From: Hypanus sabinus
Lineage: Eukaryota
Assembly: GCF_030144855.1 (NCBI RefSeq)
Contig: NC_082730.1
Location: 4,092,001 to 4,156,000 of the forward strand
Direction of reading: 5' to 3'
DNA length: 64,000 nt
The notes under the pieces are model-generated. The model made no database searches. It was not told where the DNA came from and worked only from the letters and a program-made list of their open reading frames with translations. Shown in pieces: positions 48,711 to 62,264 of this stretch. The position numbers and the translations under genes were made by a program. How positions within the stretch are numbered: the stretch's first letter is position 1; each line of letters opens with the position of its first letter.

Positions 48711-49185
48711 GGATCCCCACAATCTCCAGTAAACTCTTGGAGGATGACAGCTGATACAGCCACTTGGGATTTATTGTCTGCCATTTCCACAACAGTTTTA
48801 ACCTGTACCACTGTCCTGTAGTTTTCTTTTTCTTTAGACCCTTGTTTCCCCAGTATACCTGGAAGTTAATTATAACCTCTCGGTGAAGGCCGAACCCAAG
48901 ATTTAGTTGACCTGCTGTGCATTGTTTTATTTCCCACTCACAAATCTTTTCACTTGATCAACAGAAGTATTCTGAACTTTTCCATTTCCTGTCACCTGTT
49001 GGCACAGTGCTTCATTAACACCTTAACCTGTGACAACTAGCTTATCGCATCTCAACAGCAGCCCTCATCCTGCACAGGAGCTCATGGTGTCAACTGGTGG
49101 CAGGAAATGAGAGAGACTCAGAACATGTCTGGTCAACAAGTGTTGAGATGTGTGAAGCAGAGAATGTAGCTGGACTCAGGGTGGG

Positions 49186-49233
<48 letters not shown>

Positions 49234-49888
49234 CACAACTAGGACCAAACACAAAAGCTGAGACAGATAGATCAGCAGGGAGAGACTGAATGTGCTGAAA
49301 GACCAGAAGACAACATGAATGAAGGGAAATAACAGGAACACAGAGAGAAAGGGTAAGAATGCTGATAGATAGAGAGACTGGACAGGGCCCAAGAATGGAG
49401 AATGTAGAACTGTACAGCACAGAAACAGGCCCTTCGGCCCACAGTGACCATGTCAATCAAAATTATTACCACCTGCCTATATCTGGTGCCTGTCCCTCCA
49501 TTCCCTGCATGATACCATGCCCGTCTAAACATTGTGATCAAATTTGCTTCCACCACTTCATCTGCTGCTCACTGTGCAGAAGAACTTGCCTCAGATCTCC
49601 TTAAAGACAGGTGACCCCAGTCATTATCAATACTCTTCAGAGATAATCTGCCTGATGTCAGTGATCAAATAACAAGAACTTATGATATGCAACAGCTGCT
49701 CATATGACCATCTACCACCTGCTCCCATGGCTTCAAGTGACCCTGATCAAGGGGCTAAGAAGGTGCTACACCTTGCCCAAGGGTGACCTGCCAGTTAGTG
49801 GAGAGAAGGAGCTCCCTACTTTTTTTTGGTAGAGTGGTATCTCCATCTTGCCATGAGAAATTCTGCCTAGGCTGGAAATCCAAATTAA

Positions 49889-50565
49889 CACACACAGAAT
49901 GCTGGAGGAACTCAACAGGTCAGTTATGCATCTATGTAAATGAACAAGCAGTAGATATTTTGAGTTGAGACCCTTCTTCGGGACTGGAAAGGAAGGGGGA
50001 AGACACCAGAGTTAAAAGGTGGGGAATGGGAGAAGGTGATAGATGAAGCTAGGTGGGTAGGAAAGGTAAAGGGCTGGAGAGGAAGGAATCTTGATAGGAC
50101 GGGAGAGTGGACTATAGGAGAAAGGAAAGGAAAAAGGGACCCAGTGGGAGGTGTTAGGTAGGTGAGAAGAGGTAAGGGACCAGAGTGGGGAAATAGAAGA
50201 AGAGGCAAGGAGGAAGAATTTTTTTTTACCAGATAGAGAAACTGATATTCATGTCATCAGGTTGGAGGCCATCCAGACAGAATACAAGGTGTTGGTCCTC
50301 GACCCTGAGTGTGGCCTCATCATGGCACAAGAGGAGGTCATGGACCAACATGTCAGAACGGGATTGGGAATTGAGCTACCAGGAAGTTCAGCTTTTGGCA
50401 GATGGAGCGGAGGTGCTGAACAAGGCTCACCAGTGTAGAGGAGACCACAACGGGAGTATTGGACACAATAGACGACCCCAGCAGATTCACAGGTGAAGGT
50501 CTGTCTGGGGGCCTGAATGGAGGTGAGGGAGGAGGTGAATGGGCAGGTGTAGCACTTTGGCAGCA
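49889..50565 (-). mobile_element. Penelope-like element (GIY-YIG endonuclease end)
   Basis: Minus-strand CYTCPFTSSLTSIQAP.QTFTCESAGVVYCVQYSRCGLLYTGE. Confidence 0.75.
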
Positions 50566-52077
50566 CATAGGGATCCTCTTCTGCCTCCTCTCCAAAGCCT
50601 CCACATCCTTCCTGTAATGTAGAGCCCAGAACTGTACACAGTACTCCAGATGTAAGCCAAGGAAAAGTCTACACAACTGAACATTCATACCCAGCACTCT
50701 GACTGCTGAAGACAAACAGACAGAATGTCTTCTTTACCCCCCCCCCCCACCCCATCCACCTGGGTTGGCACTTTCTGGGAGCTGTGGACCTGCAGTGCAT
50801 GAATACCCTGTATTCCAGTGCTCAGGACGATTGTGCCATTTATTGAATACTTTCCCCTTACATTTGACCCCATAAAGTGCAAAAACTGACACTTGTCTGG
50901 ATTAAACCATCTGCCATTTCTCAGCCCATATTTCTAACTGGTCTATATCCTGCTGAATCCATTAACAACTTTCCTCACCTTCCATAATTCCATCAACTTG
51001 CAAGCCTACAATTCAGCCCAACGACATTATGTATAAATCATTTATACATATCGCAAGCAACACAGATCCCATAAGTGATCCTTGCAGAACGCCACTGGTC
51101 ACAGGCCTCCAGTCAGGTGAACGCAGCTGAGCTCCCCATCTTATATCACCAAGCCAATTTTGAAACAGCAAGTTTGAGCAAAGAAGAGGAAAGAGATCAG
51201 TACAACCTGTTCCAGGGTGTGGAATAGCAGATGGACAGTGAATGATGAAGTCGGGTTGAGAGCATTGCACCCTATACTCTGGCACACATCGCTCTGCTCT
51301 AGATCCAGAGTCAATCACTAAAATCTGATGCTTTGCAATTTTGGGCTTAGTATATCTTCTCTCAATTGGTACAGTCTTACTTACTGACACCTGACCGCCA
51401 AAGCACAATCACCCTCCACCTGCCCAATTACCCCATCTGATTTGGTCTCACCCTGACACCGACGTTTCCTTTTTCATAGAAACATAGAAAACCTGCAGCA
51501 CAATACAGGCCCTTTGGCCCACAATGCAGTGCCGAACACGTCCTTACTTTAGAAATTACCTCGGTTTACCCATAGCCCTCTATTTACCTGTCCAGGAGTC
51601 TCTTAAAAGACCCTATCTTTTCCGCCTCCACCACCGTCCTCGGCAGCCCATTCCACGCACTCATCACACTCTGTGTAAAAACCTTACCCCTGACATCTCC
51701 TCTGTACATACTTCCAAGCAGCTTAAAACTATGCCCTCTCATGTTAGCTATTTCAGCCCTGGGAGAAAGCATCTGACTATCCACACGATCAATGCCTCTC
51801 GTCATCTTATACACCTCACCTCTATCAGGTCACCTCTCATCCTCCTTCCAAGGAGAAAAGGCCGAATTCATTCACCCTATTCTCATAAGGAATGCACCCC
51901 AATCCAGGCAAAATCCAAGCTAGATAGATATCTGATGGATAGGGGAATTAAGGGATATGGGGACAAGGCAGGGACTGGGTATTGATAGTGAATGATCAGC
52001 CATGATCTCAGAATGGTGGTGCAGACTCGAGGGGCCGAATGGTCTACTTCTGCTCCTATTGTCTATTGTCTATTGTC
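50566..52077. mobile_element. Cluster of CR1 fragments (minus 50566-51160 and 51476-51915; plus 3' end 51916-52077)
   Basis: LHLEYCVQFWALHYRKDVEALE and GVLQGSLMGSVL remnants; (ctattgt)n tail ending at 52077. Confidence 0.75.
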
Positions 52078-54928
52078 ATAAATGCTTGAAGAATTCAGGG
52101 TAGTCAGCATTTGGTGCATAAATATTAACCAAAGCTACTTTTTAGTTATAAAGTAAATATGGGTCTGAGATTGTCTCATAATGAACAAATGAGATCGAGG
52201 AGTTTATGTAAAAATGGATATGCCTTTTGCTTTGGTTGAAGAGTTAGAATGATACTGAGCGCTTTCCAAAACCTAAAAAAACTGCTGATTATCATCCTTC
52301 CTCACGTGAGTCTCCTGCACAAAAAGTAATCTGAGAATTCAATCTATGAAAAACTTTCAAAAATCTTCTTCTGTTCAATTGGGTAATGCAAACCATTCAT
52401 GTTCCATGAAACAAAGTTAATAATAAACCATATAGTGTGTAAAGGGTTAACCATATTGTTTTGGAAACTCATGAATCAGGAAGAGGGAAAAAAGTTTGAA
52501 GAGGAACCAGAAGTTATGACAATACAGACATTTTTGTAGTTTCAGATCAGCCCAAATGAAAAATACTGAACTAAAAATAGATCCCCTCCCGCCCACTCCC
52601 ACAAAGACCCGAAACCTGCCAATAGAAAGCCAGGGAACTATCTAAGAAGCTCCCTACCCCCAGCTCTCTTGACAGCAAGTCTCCAAAGTTTCTAAAAAAT
52701 AAAATAACCACCCAGAGTCAAAACATTGCGAAAGGAATGCCAAACAGAAGTTAAGAAAAAAACAACCATTTGAAGACCATTTTAAAAGAGGTCTTAAAAA
52801 ATGAAGCAGAATACAATCTTAATAATATTTCAAGAAAAAACAAGTAATCACCAAGCCAGAGTCTTAATAACTTTCTAAACTGAACAATTAAAAATAAAGT
52901 AAAATAATAAAAGAAAGGAACTTTAACATAGAAACATAATAAATCTCCGTACGCCAAAGCGAAGTACCAGAGGAATCAGCCCAAGGACAAAGTTCTACGA
53001 ACTTAAAATGTCCAAATCTATAGGCTGGTTATTAACTAATAAACCAGAAGTATACAAACATAAAGGAACGGTAAATTTATTAAACATCTGAGCTCAAACA
53101 ATGCTCCTCGAGAAATTGTTGTGTGTCATCTACGGATTTAAACCACTTAGACAGTTTATCAGGCAGAAAAAGCCTTAAATGAGTGGGGTATAGCACAGCC
53201 AGTCAGAATTTCCTTTGATATAATCCTGACATCACCAATTTAAATCTCAATCTTTCTTGCATTACCTCAGGACAATAATCTTTAACCTGATGAAACTTAA
53301 AATTTTGATGTTCAATAATTCCTTTCCGACGAGCAATTTGAAATAAGTGCTGCTTAGTACTCACATGATGGAATCGAGGAATCACAGGGCATGGTTTTAA
53401 CTCTTTCAATGGTTTTGGTCTTAAGCCCGATGATTACGGTCGATTATCGGAGAAGAAGAAAAGAACTCCGAGCCAAAGGCCTCCATTATGAAAAGAGAAA
53501 AAAATTTAGTAAGATCCTAACTCTCTACATCTTCACTGAGTCCTATTATTCACAAATTCTGTCTGTGACTACGACTCTCCAAATCAATAATCTTGACTTT
53601 ATACTGCTCCAATGTATGACAGACAGGTTATTGATCCCCAGGGAAATTCGGTTTTGTTACTGTTGCACCAACCAAGGATAGTGTATAAATATAGCAATAT
53701 AAAACCATAAATATTTAAATAATAATAAGTTAATGATGCCAAGTGGAAAGGAGTCCAGAACCAGCCTATTGGCTCAGGGTGTCTGACACTTCGAGGGAGG
53801 AGTTGTAAAGTTTGATGTCCACAGTTAGGAATGACTTCCTATGACACTCAGTGTTACATCTCGGTGGAATGAATCTCTGGCTGAATGTACTCCTATGCCT
53901 AACCAGTACATTATGGAGTGGATAGCAGACATTGTCCAAGATGGCATGCAACTTGGACAGCATCCTCTTTTCAGACACCACCGTCAGAGAGTCCAGTTCC
54001 ACCCCCACAACATCACTGGCCTTACGAATGAGTTTGTTGATTCTGTTGGTGTCTGCTACCCTCAGCTTGCTGCCCCAGCACACAACAGCAAACATGATAG
54101 CATTGGCAACCACAGCCTTGTAGAACATCCTCAGCATTGTCCTGCAGATGTTAAAGGACCTCAGTCTCTTTAGGAAATAGAGACAGCTCTGACCCTTCTT
54201 GTAGACAGCCTCAGTGTTCTTTAACCAGTCCAGTTTATTGTCAATTCATATCCCCAGGTATTTGTAATCCTCCACCATGTCCACAGTGACCCCTTGGATG
54301 GAAACAGGGGTCACTGGTGCCTTAGCCCTCCTCAGGTCCACCACCAGCTCCTTAGTCTTTTTCACATTAAGCTGCAGATGATTCTGCTCACACCATGTGA
54401 CAAAGTTTCCCACCGTAGCCCTGTACTCAGCCTCATCTCCCTTGCTGATTCATCCAACTATGGCAGAGTCATCAGAAAACTTCTGAAGATGGCAAGACTC
54501 CGTGTTGTAGTTGAAGTCCGAGGTGTAGATGGTGAAGAGAAAGGGAGACAAGACAGTCCCCTGTGGAGCCCCAGTGCTGCTGACCACTCTGTCTGACACA
54601 CAGTGTTGCAAGCCCACATACTGTGGTCTGCCAGTCAGGTAATCAATAATCCATGACACCAGGGAAGCATCCTCCTGCATCACTGTCAGCTTCTCCCCCA
54701 GCAGAGCAGGGTGGATGGTGTTGAACGCTCTGGAGAAGTCAAAAAACATGACCCTCACAGTGCTCGCCAATTTGTCCAGGTGGGCGTAGACACATTTCAG
54801 CAGGTAAAGTAGCCAAGGTTAGGTTCTTTTCCAAAGAAGTCAATCTGGAATCTCTCTGTTTCCCAGCTTCACTAAGCTCTGAAGTTTGCTGTTGCTGTTT
54901 CTCATTCTCCTTTTTCTTGAGTGCTGCC
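52078..54928 (-). mobile_element. Paralogous L1 fragment (ORF1 + start of EN)
   Basis: Colinear with 23283-25295; interrupted by Rex1 at 53620-54808. Confidence 0.9.
53620..54808 (-). mobile_element. Rex1 LINE, 5'-truncated (RT + C-terminus)
   Basis: VRVMFFDFSRAFNTI...STGAPQGTVLSPFLFTIYTSDF...LQKFSDDSAIVG. The empty site is at 25180/25181. Confidence 0.9.
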
Positions 54929-55450
54929 CGCTTCGCTGCCGCTGCTACTGTGCGGTCCGGAATCTCCGGAGGAGAAGGTCTCCGAGACCTCGGCTTTGCT
55001 CGTTTCGGCGGCCGGGACGAGGTCGAAGACGCTCGGCAGAGGAGGGCGCTCGGGAGGCTGTATCGGAGGGGCTGGTCGGAGGCTCGAAGTTTTCGGACGG
55101 ACTCAGAGTCTGCTGTGGTCGTTGCTTCCAAGGCATCAGATGTCAGTGCCTGGAAGTTTATGGTAGGGAGAGTTTCTCCCTTTTGCTGCCTGATATCAGG
55201 ACTATTGGAGTCGATCGGGACTTGTGACCTTTTTTAAAAACCGTGCCCATGGTCTGCTTTTATCAAATTACGGTATTGCTTTGCACTGCTGTAACTATAT
55301 GTTATAATTATGTGGTTATGTCAGTGTGAGTCCTTGCTTTGTCCTTTTTTTGTTTTGTGATATCACTCTGGAGGAACATTGTATCATTTCTTAATGCATG
55401 CATGCATTTCTAAATGACAAGAAAAGAGGACTGAGTGTCCTCATAATCTA
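54929..55450 (+). mobile_element. CpG-rich unclassified retroelement 3' end replacing the L1 5' end
   Basis: GC/CpG-rich 54929-55210, then an AT-rich segment ending 'cataatctaat'. Absent from the paralog. Confidence 0.55.
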
Positions 55451-57377
55451 ATAAGTCTGAGGATGGGGATTGATTATGAAAACAGCAAAGGGTAAGAGAA
55501 ATATTGTTGAAGAAAAGGAAAATGGACAATTGAAGGATATTAAGAACAGTCTGTGAGAGCAAGAATCAGGAAATGAAACAAATATAGCAGCAGGTACACC
55601 TGTGGTTCCCTTACAGACAGAGGTGGGTCTTTGCAGTGGGGAATGAAGGAACAGTGGAGGAAATAAACCATGGCTTCTTGTGTGCCTTTGTGGAAGACAC
55701 AAAAACCTGCCAGAAATACAGGATAGACAAGTGTTGAATGCAAGTGTAGAAATAAAATCAGTCAGCATCAATGATGAAATACCATCATGAAAATTGATAA
55801 CTGACACAGGCCTGATGAACTCCATCCCGGAGTTTGTGACAAGATGTCAGTAGTGTTACTCAACTTTCTGGTTATCATCTGCCAAACTCTACAGTTTCAG
55901 GAATGGTTCCTTCAGCCTGTTTCAAAAAGGAGGGAGAGAGAGAAAACTGGGAACCACTCACCTCCCCATCTGACACTGGGAGAGGGGACAATGTTGGAAT
56001 CTGTAATAATGGGTGTGAAATGCATGCTGAAGAGGAATTATCACAAAGATTCACCAGACTGGTTTCTGATGTGGTGGGTCTGACTTGTCAGGAATGTGAG
56101 AAATAGACTACACCTATATTCAAACAGTTCAAAGTAAGTTTTATTATCAGAGTACATTTCTGTCATCACATACAACCCTGAGATTATTTCTCTTCGGGCA
56201 TACTTAGCAAATCTATAGAACAGTAACTGTAAACAGGATCAATGGACAACAAACTGTGCAAATGCAAATATAAATAAATAGCAATCAACAACCTGTTCTT
56301 GGACATGGTGGTGCAAGTCCTGAGGCACTTGTACCTTTTGCTTGATGAGAGCAGTGAGAAAAGTGCATGGCCTGGGTGGTGAGGATCTTTGCTTATGGCA
56401 ATGATTCATGTAGGCACTTCCAGTGGCTGGAAGGGTTATATCCGTGATGTACTGGATTGAATTTGCCTCATTTTGTAGGATTTTCACTCAAATACACGGT
56501 GTACCCATAACAGGCCATAATGAAGCCAGCCAGCACACTGTGGTAAATCATTGGGATTCTCTGGTGAGGAATTCTTCTTTCATTGATTGTTTTCTAGATA
56601 TTAAAAAGATCAAGGAAATGGGGAGAAAAAGTTTTAGCCAGGATCAGTTGAATATGTTGTGTGGTTCAAAGGTAGCACGTCCGCTTCCTGCTCCTGCTCG
56701 TCATGTTGACACGAGCTCGGTAAAGTGTTTGTGAACCCCGATCACACAATGGAACTACAGAGAAGGGAGTGTGAGTGTTTGCGTGTAACTGTGTGAGTGA
56801 GTGAGAGTGAGAACCGTGGTGTGTGTCTGCGTGTGAGTTTGTGAGTGTGTTTGTCTGGGAATTGGGATCACACATGGAGCATACAGTGTCAGTGTTTGCA
56901 TGTGTGTGTGAGTGCATCTGTGTCTGTGAGTGTGAGTGTGTGCATGTGTGTAAGCATGAGCAATGTTCTCTATGTGTGCATGTTTCTCTGTGAGTGTGTG
57001 TGTATTAGAGAGAGAGAGATATGAACAGATCACACAATGAGAAACTTGAGTAAGGTTGTCACAACTATGTCTATGTGTCACAACTATGGGTTGTTTTTAA
57101 AGAAGAAAGGGATTTTCTCAATTTGTATGTAGATTGTATTTTCTCACTGTCACCTCATGGGCATGTAGTGTTCCTTCGATTGTGAACTTTTCATGTCTAA
57201 TTGTTTGTCTTTGCACAAAGTGGGTTTTCACTTCGTGTTGCAAGTGTCTCATTTAAGATCACGAGGATTGTTAAGATCTCTTTATATTGATCACTTTTAT
57301 TCAATTTGGTTTGACGTGCTTTCTTGATCACTGTGTGAGCTGGAAAGTTCCAGAGTCTATACTGTTGATAAGGATGC

Positions 57378-60300
57378 ATAGAAACATAGAAAACCTACAG
57401 CACAATACTGGTCTTCAGCCCACATGTCCCTACCATAGAAGTCAGTAGGCTTACCTATAGCCCTCTATTTTATTAAGCTCCATGTACCTATCTAAAGCCC
57501 CTATTGTATCTGCCTCCACCACTGTTGCTGGCAGCCCATTTCACGCACACACCACTCTGAGTAAAAACTTACCCCTGATATCTCTTCTGTACCTACTTCC
57601 CAGCACCCTAAACCTGTGTCCTCTTGTGGCAACCATTTCAGCCCTGGGAAAATGCATCTAACTATCCACATGATCAATGCCTCTCATCATCTTATACACC
57701 TCTATCAGGTCACCTCTCATCCTCTGTCACTCCAAGGAGAAAATGCCAAGTTGACTCATCCTGTTTTCATAAGGCATGCTCCCCGATCCAGGCAATACTC
57801 TTATAAATCTCCCCTGCACTCTTTTTATGGCTTCCACATCCTTCCTGTAGCGAGGCAACCAGAACTGAGCACAGTACTCCAAGTGGGGTCTGACCAGGGT
57901 CCTATATAGCTGCAACATTCCCTCTCGGCTCCTAAATTTAGTTCCACAATTGATGAAGGCCAATGCATTGTACGCCTTCTGAACCACAGAGTCGACCTGC
58001 GCAGATGCTTTGAACGTGCTATGGACTTGGACCCCAAGATCCCTCTGATCCTCCACACTGCCAGGAGTCTTACCATTAATACTATATGCTGCCATCATAT
58101 TTGACCTACCAAAATGAACCACTTCACACTTAACTGGGTTGAACTCCACCTGTTACTTCTCAGCCCAGATTTGCATCCAATCGATGTCCCGCTGTAACCT
58201 CTGACAGCCCGCCAAACTATCCACAACACCTCCAACCTTAGTGTCATCAGCAAACTTACTAACCCATCCTTCCATTTCCTCATCCAGGTCATTTATAAAA
58301 ATCACGAAGAGTAAGGGTCCCAGAACAGATCTCTGTGGCACTCCACTGGTGACTGACCTCCATGTAGAATATGACCCGTTTACAACCACTCTTTGCTTTC
58401 TGAGGGCATGCCAGTTCTGGATCCACAAAGCAATGTCCCCTTGGATCCCATGCCTCATTACTTTCTCAATAAGTCTTGCATGGGTACCTTATCAAATGCC
58501 TTGCTAAAATCCATATATACTACATCAACTGCTCTTCCTTCATTAATGTGTTTAGTCACATCTTCAAAAAATGCAATCAGGCTCGGAAGGCATGTCCTGC
58601 CCTTGACAAAGCCATTCTGACTACTCCTACTCATATTATACCTCTCCAAATGTTCATAAATCCTGCCTCTTAGGATCTTCTCCATCAACTTACCAATCAC
58701 TTAGGTAAGACACTGGTCTATAATTTCCTGGGCTGTCTCTACTTCCTTTCTTGAATAAAGGAACAGCATCCTTAAACCTCCAATCCTTCGGAACTTCTCC
58801 TGTCCCCATCGATGATGTAAAGATCATCGCCAGAGGCTCAGCAATCTCCTCTCTTGCCTCCCACAGCAGCCTGGGGTACATCTCTTCCAGTCACAGCAAC
58901 TTATCCAACTTGATGCTTTCCAAAAGCTCCAGCATATCCTCTTTCTTATTATCTACATGCTCAAGCTTTTCAGTCTGCTGCAAATCATCACTACAATCAC
59001 CAAGGTCCTTTTCTGTAGTGAAAACTGAAGTGAAGTATTCAGTAAATACCTCTGCTATTTCCTTTGGTTCCATATACACTTTCCCACTGTCACACTTGAT
59101 AGGTTCTATTCTTTCATGACTTATCCTCTTGCTCTTTTCATTCTCGTAGAATGCCTTGGGCTTTTTCTTTATCCAGCCTGCCAAGGACTTCTCATGGCCC
59201 CTTCTGGCTCTCCTAATTTACTTCTTAAGCTTCCTAGTTGCCTTATAACCTTAACCTTCTAGAACTCTAACATTACCTAGCTCTCTGAATCATTTGTAAG
59301 CTTTTCTTTTCTTCTTGACTAGATTTAATACAGCTTTTGTACACCATGATTCCTGTACCCTACCATAACTTCCCTGTCTCATTGGAATGTACCTATACAG
59401 AACTCCACACAAATATCACCCGAATATTTGCCAGATTTCTTCCGTACTTTACCCGGAGAACATCGTTTTTTCAATTTAAGCCTGCAATTTCTTGCATGAT
59501 AGTCCCATAATTCCCCTTATTCCAATTAAATTCTTTTCTAACTTGTCTGTTCCTATCTCTCTCCAATGCTATTGTAAAGGAGACAGAATTATGATCACTA
59601 TCTCCAAAATGCTCTCCTACTGAGAGATCTGACACCGAACCAGGTTCATTTCCTAACACCAAATCAAGTACCACCTCTCCTCTTGTAGGCTTATCTACAC
59701 TTTGTACATACTGTGTCAAGAAACCTTCCTGAACACTCCTAAAAAACTCCCCCCCCCCCATCAAAACCCATTGCTCTAGGGAGATGCCAATCGATATTTG
59801 GGAAATTAAAATCTCCCATCACGACAACTCTGTTATTATTACACCTTTCCAGGATCTCTTTCCCTATCTGCTCCTCGATATACCTGTTAATATTGGGCAG
59901 CCTATTAAAATAAAAACCAGTAACATTATTGACCCCATCTTGTTCCTAAACTGTACCCACAGAGATTTTGTAAACAATCCCTCCATGGCGTCCACCTTTT
60001 CTGCAGCTGCGACACTATCTCTGATCAGCAGTGCCGTACCCTGACTTCTTTGGCCTCCCTCCCTCTCCTTTCTGACACATTCCAAACCCGGCACTTGAAG
60101 TAACCATTCCTATTCCGGAGTCATCCAAGTCTCTGTAATGGCCACCACATCATATCTCCAGGTACTGATCCATGCTCTAAGATCATCTGCTTTGTTCACA
60201 ACACTCCTAGACACTAAAATAGACACATATCAAACCTTCAGTCTGAACGTGTCCCTTCTCTAACACCTGCCTACTCTCCCTCTTGCACGGTCTACAAGCT

Positions 60301-61575
60301 GTCTCTATTTGTGAGTCAATCTCCTCTTCCCCAGTCTCTTCTGTTTGGTTTCCACCCCCCAACAATTCTAGTTTAAACTCTCCCCAGTATCCTTAGCAAA
60401 CCTCCCCTCCAGGATATTAGTCCCCCTGGGATTCAAGTGCAACCCACTTTTTGTACAGGTCACACCTACCACAAAAGAGGTCCCAATGATCCAGAAATCT
60501 AAATCCCTGCCCCTTGCTCCAATCCCTCAGCCACGCATTTATCCTCCACCTCATTCTATCCCTATTTTTGCTGCTGTGTGGCACAGGCAGTAATTCCCAG
60601 ATTACTACCTTTGCAGTCCTGCTTCTCAACTTCTTTTGTAACAACCTGTCGTCTTTTCTCAGGACCTCTTAACTTTTCTTACCTACGTCATTGTGTATGT
60701 CAATGTGTACCACGACCTCTGACTGTTCTCCCTCCCACTGCAGGATATCTTGGATGTGATCAGAACCATCCCAGACTCTGGCACCAGTGAGGCAAACTAC
60801 CATCCAAGTTTCTTTCCTGCATCCACAGAGACACCTGTCTGACCCACTAACTATAGAGTCCCCTATCACTACTGCCTTCCTCTTCCTTTCCCTACCCTTC
60901 TGAGCCACAGGACCGGACTCTGTGCCAGAGGCACGGCCACTGCCATTTCCCCCAGGTAGGTTGCCCCCCCCAACAGTACTCAAACAGGAGTACTTATTTC
61001 AAGGGGTACAGCCACAGGGGTACTCTCTAGTACCTGACTCTTTCCCTTCCCCTTCCTGACTGTGACCCACTTGTCTGCGTCCCGTGGCCCTGGTGTGACC
61101 ACCTGCCTATAATTCCACTCTATCAGCTCCTCGCCCTCCTTGACTAGGCGAGGGTCATCGAGCTGCTTCTCCAGTTCCCTAACTCAGTCCCTCAGGAGCT
61201 GCAGCTCAACACACCTGGTGTGAATATGGCCGTCCAGGAAGCTGGGAGACTCCAGGACCCCCCACATCTGACACCAAGCACCGAAAACTGGGCTCGCACA
61301 CATACTACCTCCTTCCAGCAGTTATCACAGTTAAACCTACCCCGCCTCGACCTGTTACTGCCTAAGCCCATCGAGCTAAAGCCCTAGCACTCTGCTGCCT
61401 CTCACTCCGCTGCCCGCTGGATATGGCTGCCTTCTTTTTAAACCTTTCACACTGTACTGGTTGAAGCCTCGTGCCTGCGCAGTCTCGCCTCTCTTTTAAC
61501 CCGAGTAGTAAAAAACTCCCTTCGCTCCAAAAATTCAGCCGTTCACTCACAGCCATCTTGCTCCGAATCAAGAAG
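57378..61575 (-). mobile_element. Near-full-length CR1 LINE (5' UTR, ORF1 Zn-finger/esterase, ORF2), absent from the paralog
   Basis: (ttctatgt)n tail at 57378; RT ([19 protein letters not shown]); esterase (AVVIGDSIV); ORF1 start near 61300. Empty site 'aaggatgcctgcttc' at about 30467. Confidence 0.93.
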
Positions 61576-62264
61576 GCCTGCTTCAAATCTGTCAACAATC
61601 TCTACAGTAGCTGTTTCAATCAAGACAGGGTTGTGTACACATTCTGTCTTGATTATGTTGAGGTCTGTGTTGTTCTGACACCATGACAAAAGCATCATGA
61701 TCACTTTCCTGCAGAGTGAACTCACACATATGACCTTCAGTAGTTTGTTTAGATTTAGTCAAGTTCAGTTTGTACTCCTCCTGGTTATTGACACCCCTCT
61801 CTGCTTCCTTGTTGCACCTCTTCAGCCTTCCAGATTTCCCGGTATTGGGGTCCTCCTCCCAACCCAGTTTTATCAAATTTGAAGCTCAGTCTACCTCCCT
61901 TGTGATTGGATTCTTTGGGAGTCTGATCACAGTCTGTCCTAGTGGAACTGTACTCACCTTCTCCAGTACTAATGCCAATCCCACAGGGACTAAAAGCCAT
62001 AGCAGGGTCTGAGTAACTCCTCCCCGATCCCATTAACTCTGTCATGATGTGTTTGTGGGTTGGGCAATAATACAAAGATTGAGACGTTTGTGGTCATGTT
62101 TGTGAATGTAACCCCGGTTGCTCAGTGTCTGGGGAGATTTGACACTCTGCGGCCATTTTGTTGATAACATCCTGTAACTAATAAATTGGCCACTAAGGGT
62201 GTGTTCGTGGTCTTCTGCTGCTGTTGCCCATCCACTTCAAGGTTCAAGGTGTTCTCAGAGATGA

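Larger units (their letters stand above)
52078..62230 (+). repeat. Segmental duplication unit C upstream region (paralogous to 23283-31140)
   Basis: See 23283-31140. Confidence 0.9.

Noticed and set aside
55448-56106. Conserved ORFs in the duplicated region (also 28915-29357) as a host gene
   Set aside because: Explained by a shared ancient CR1 fragment and its antisense frames.
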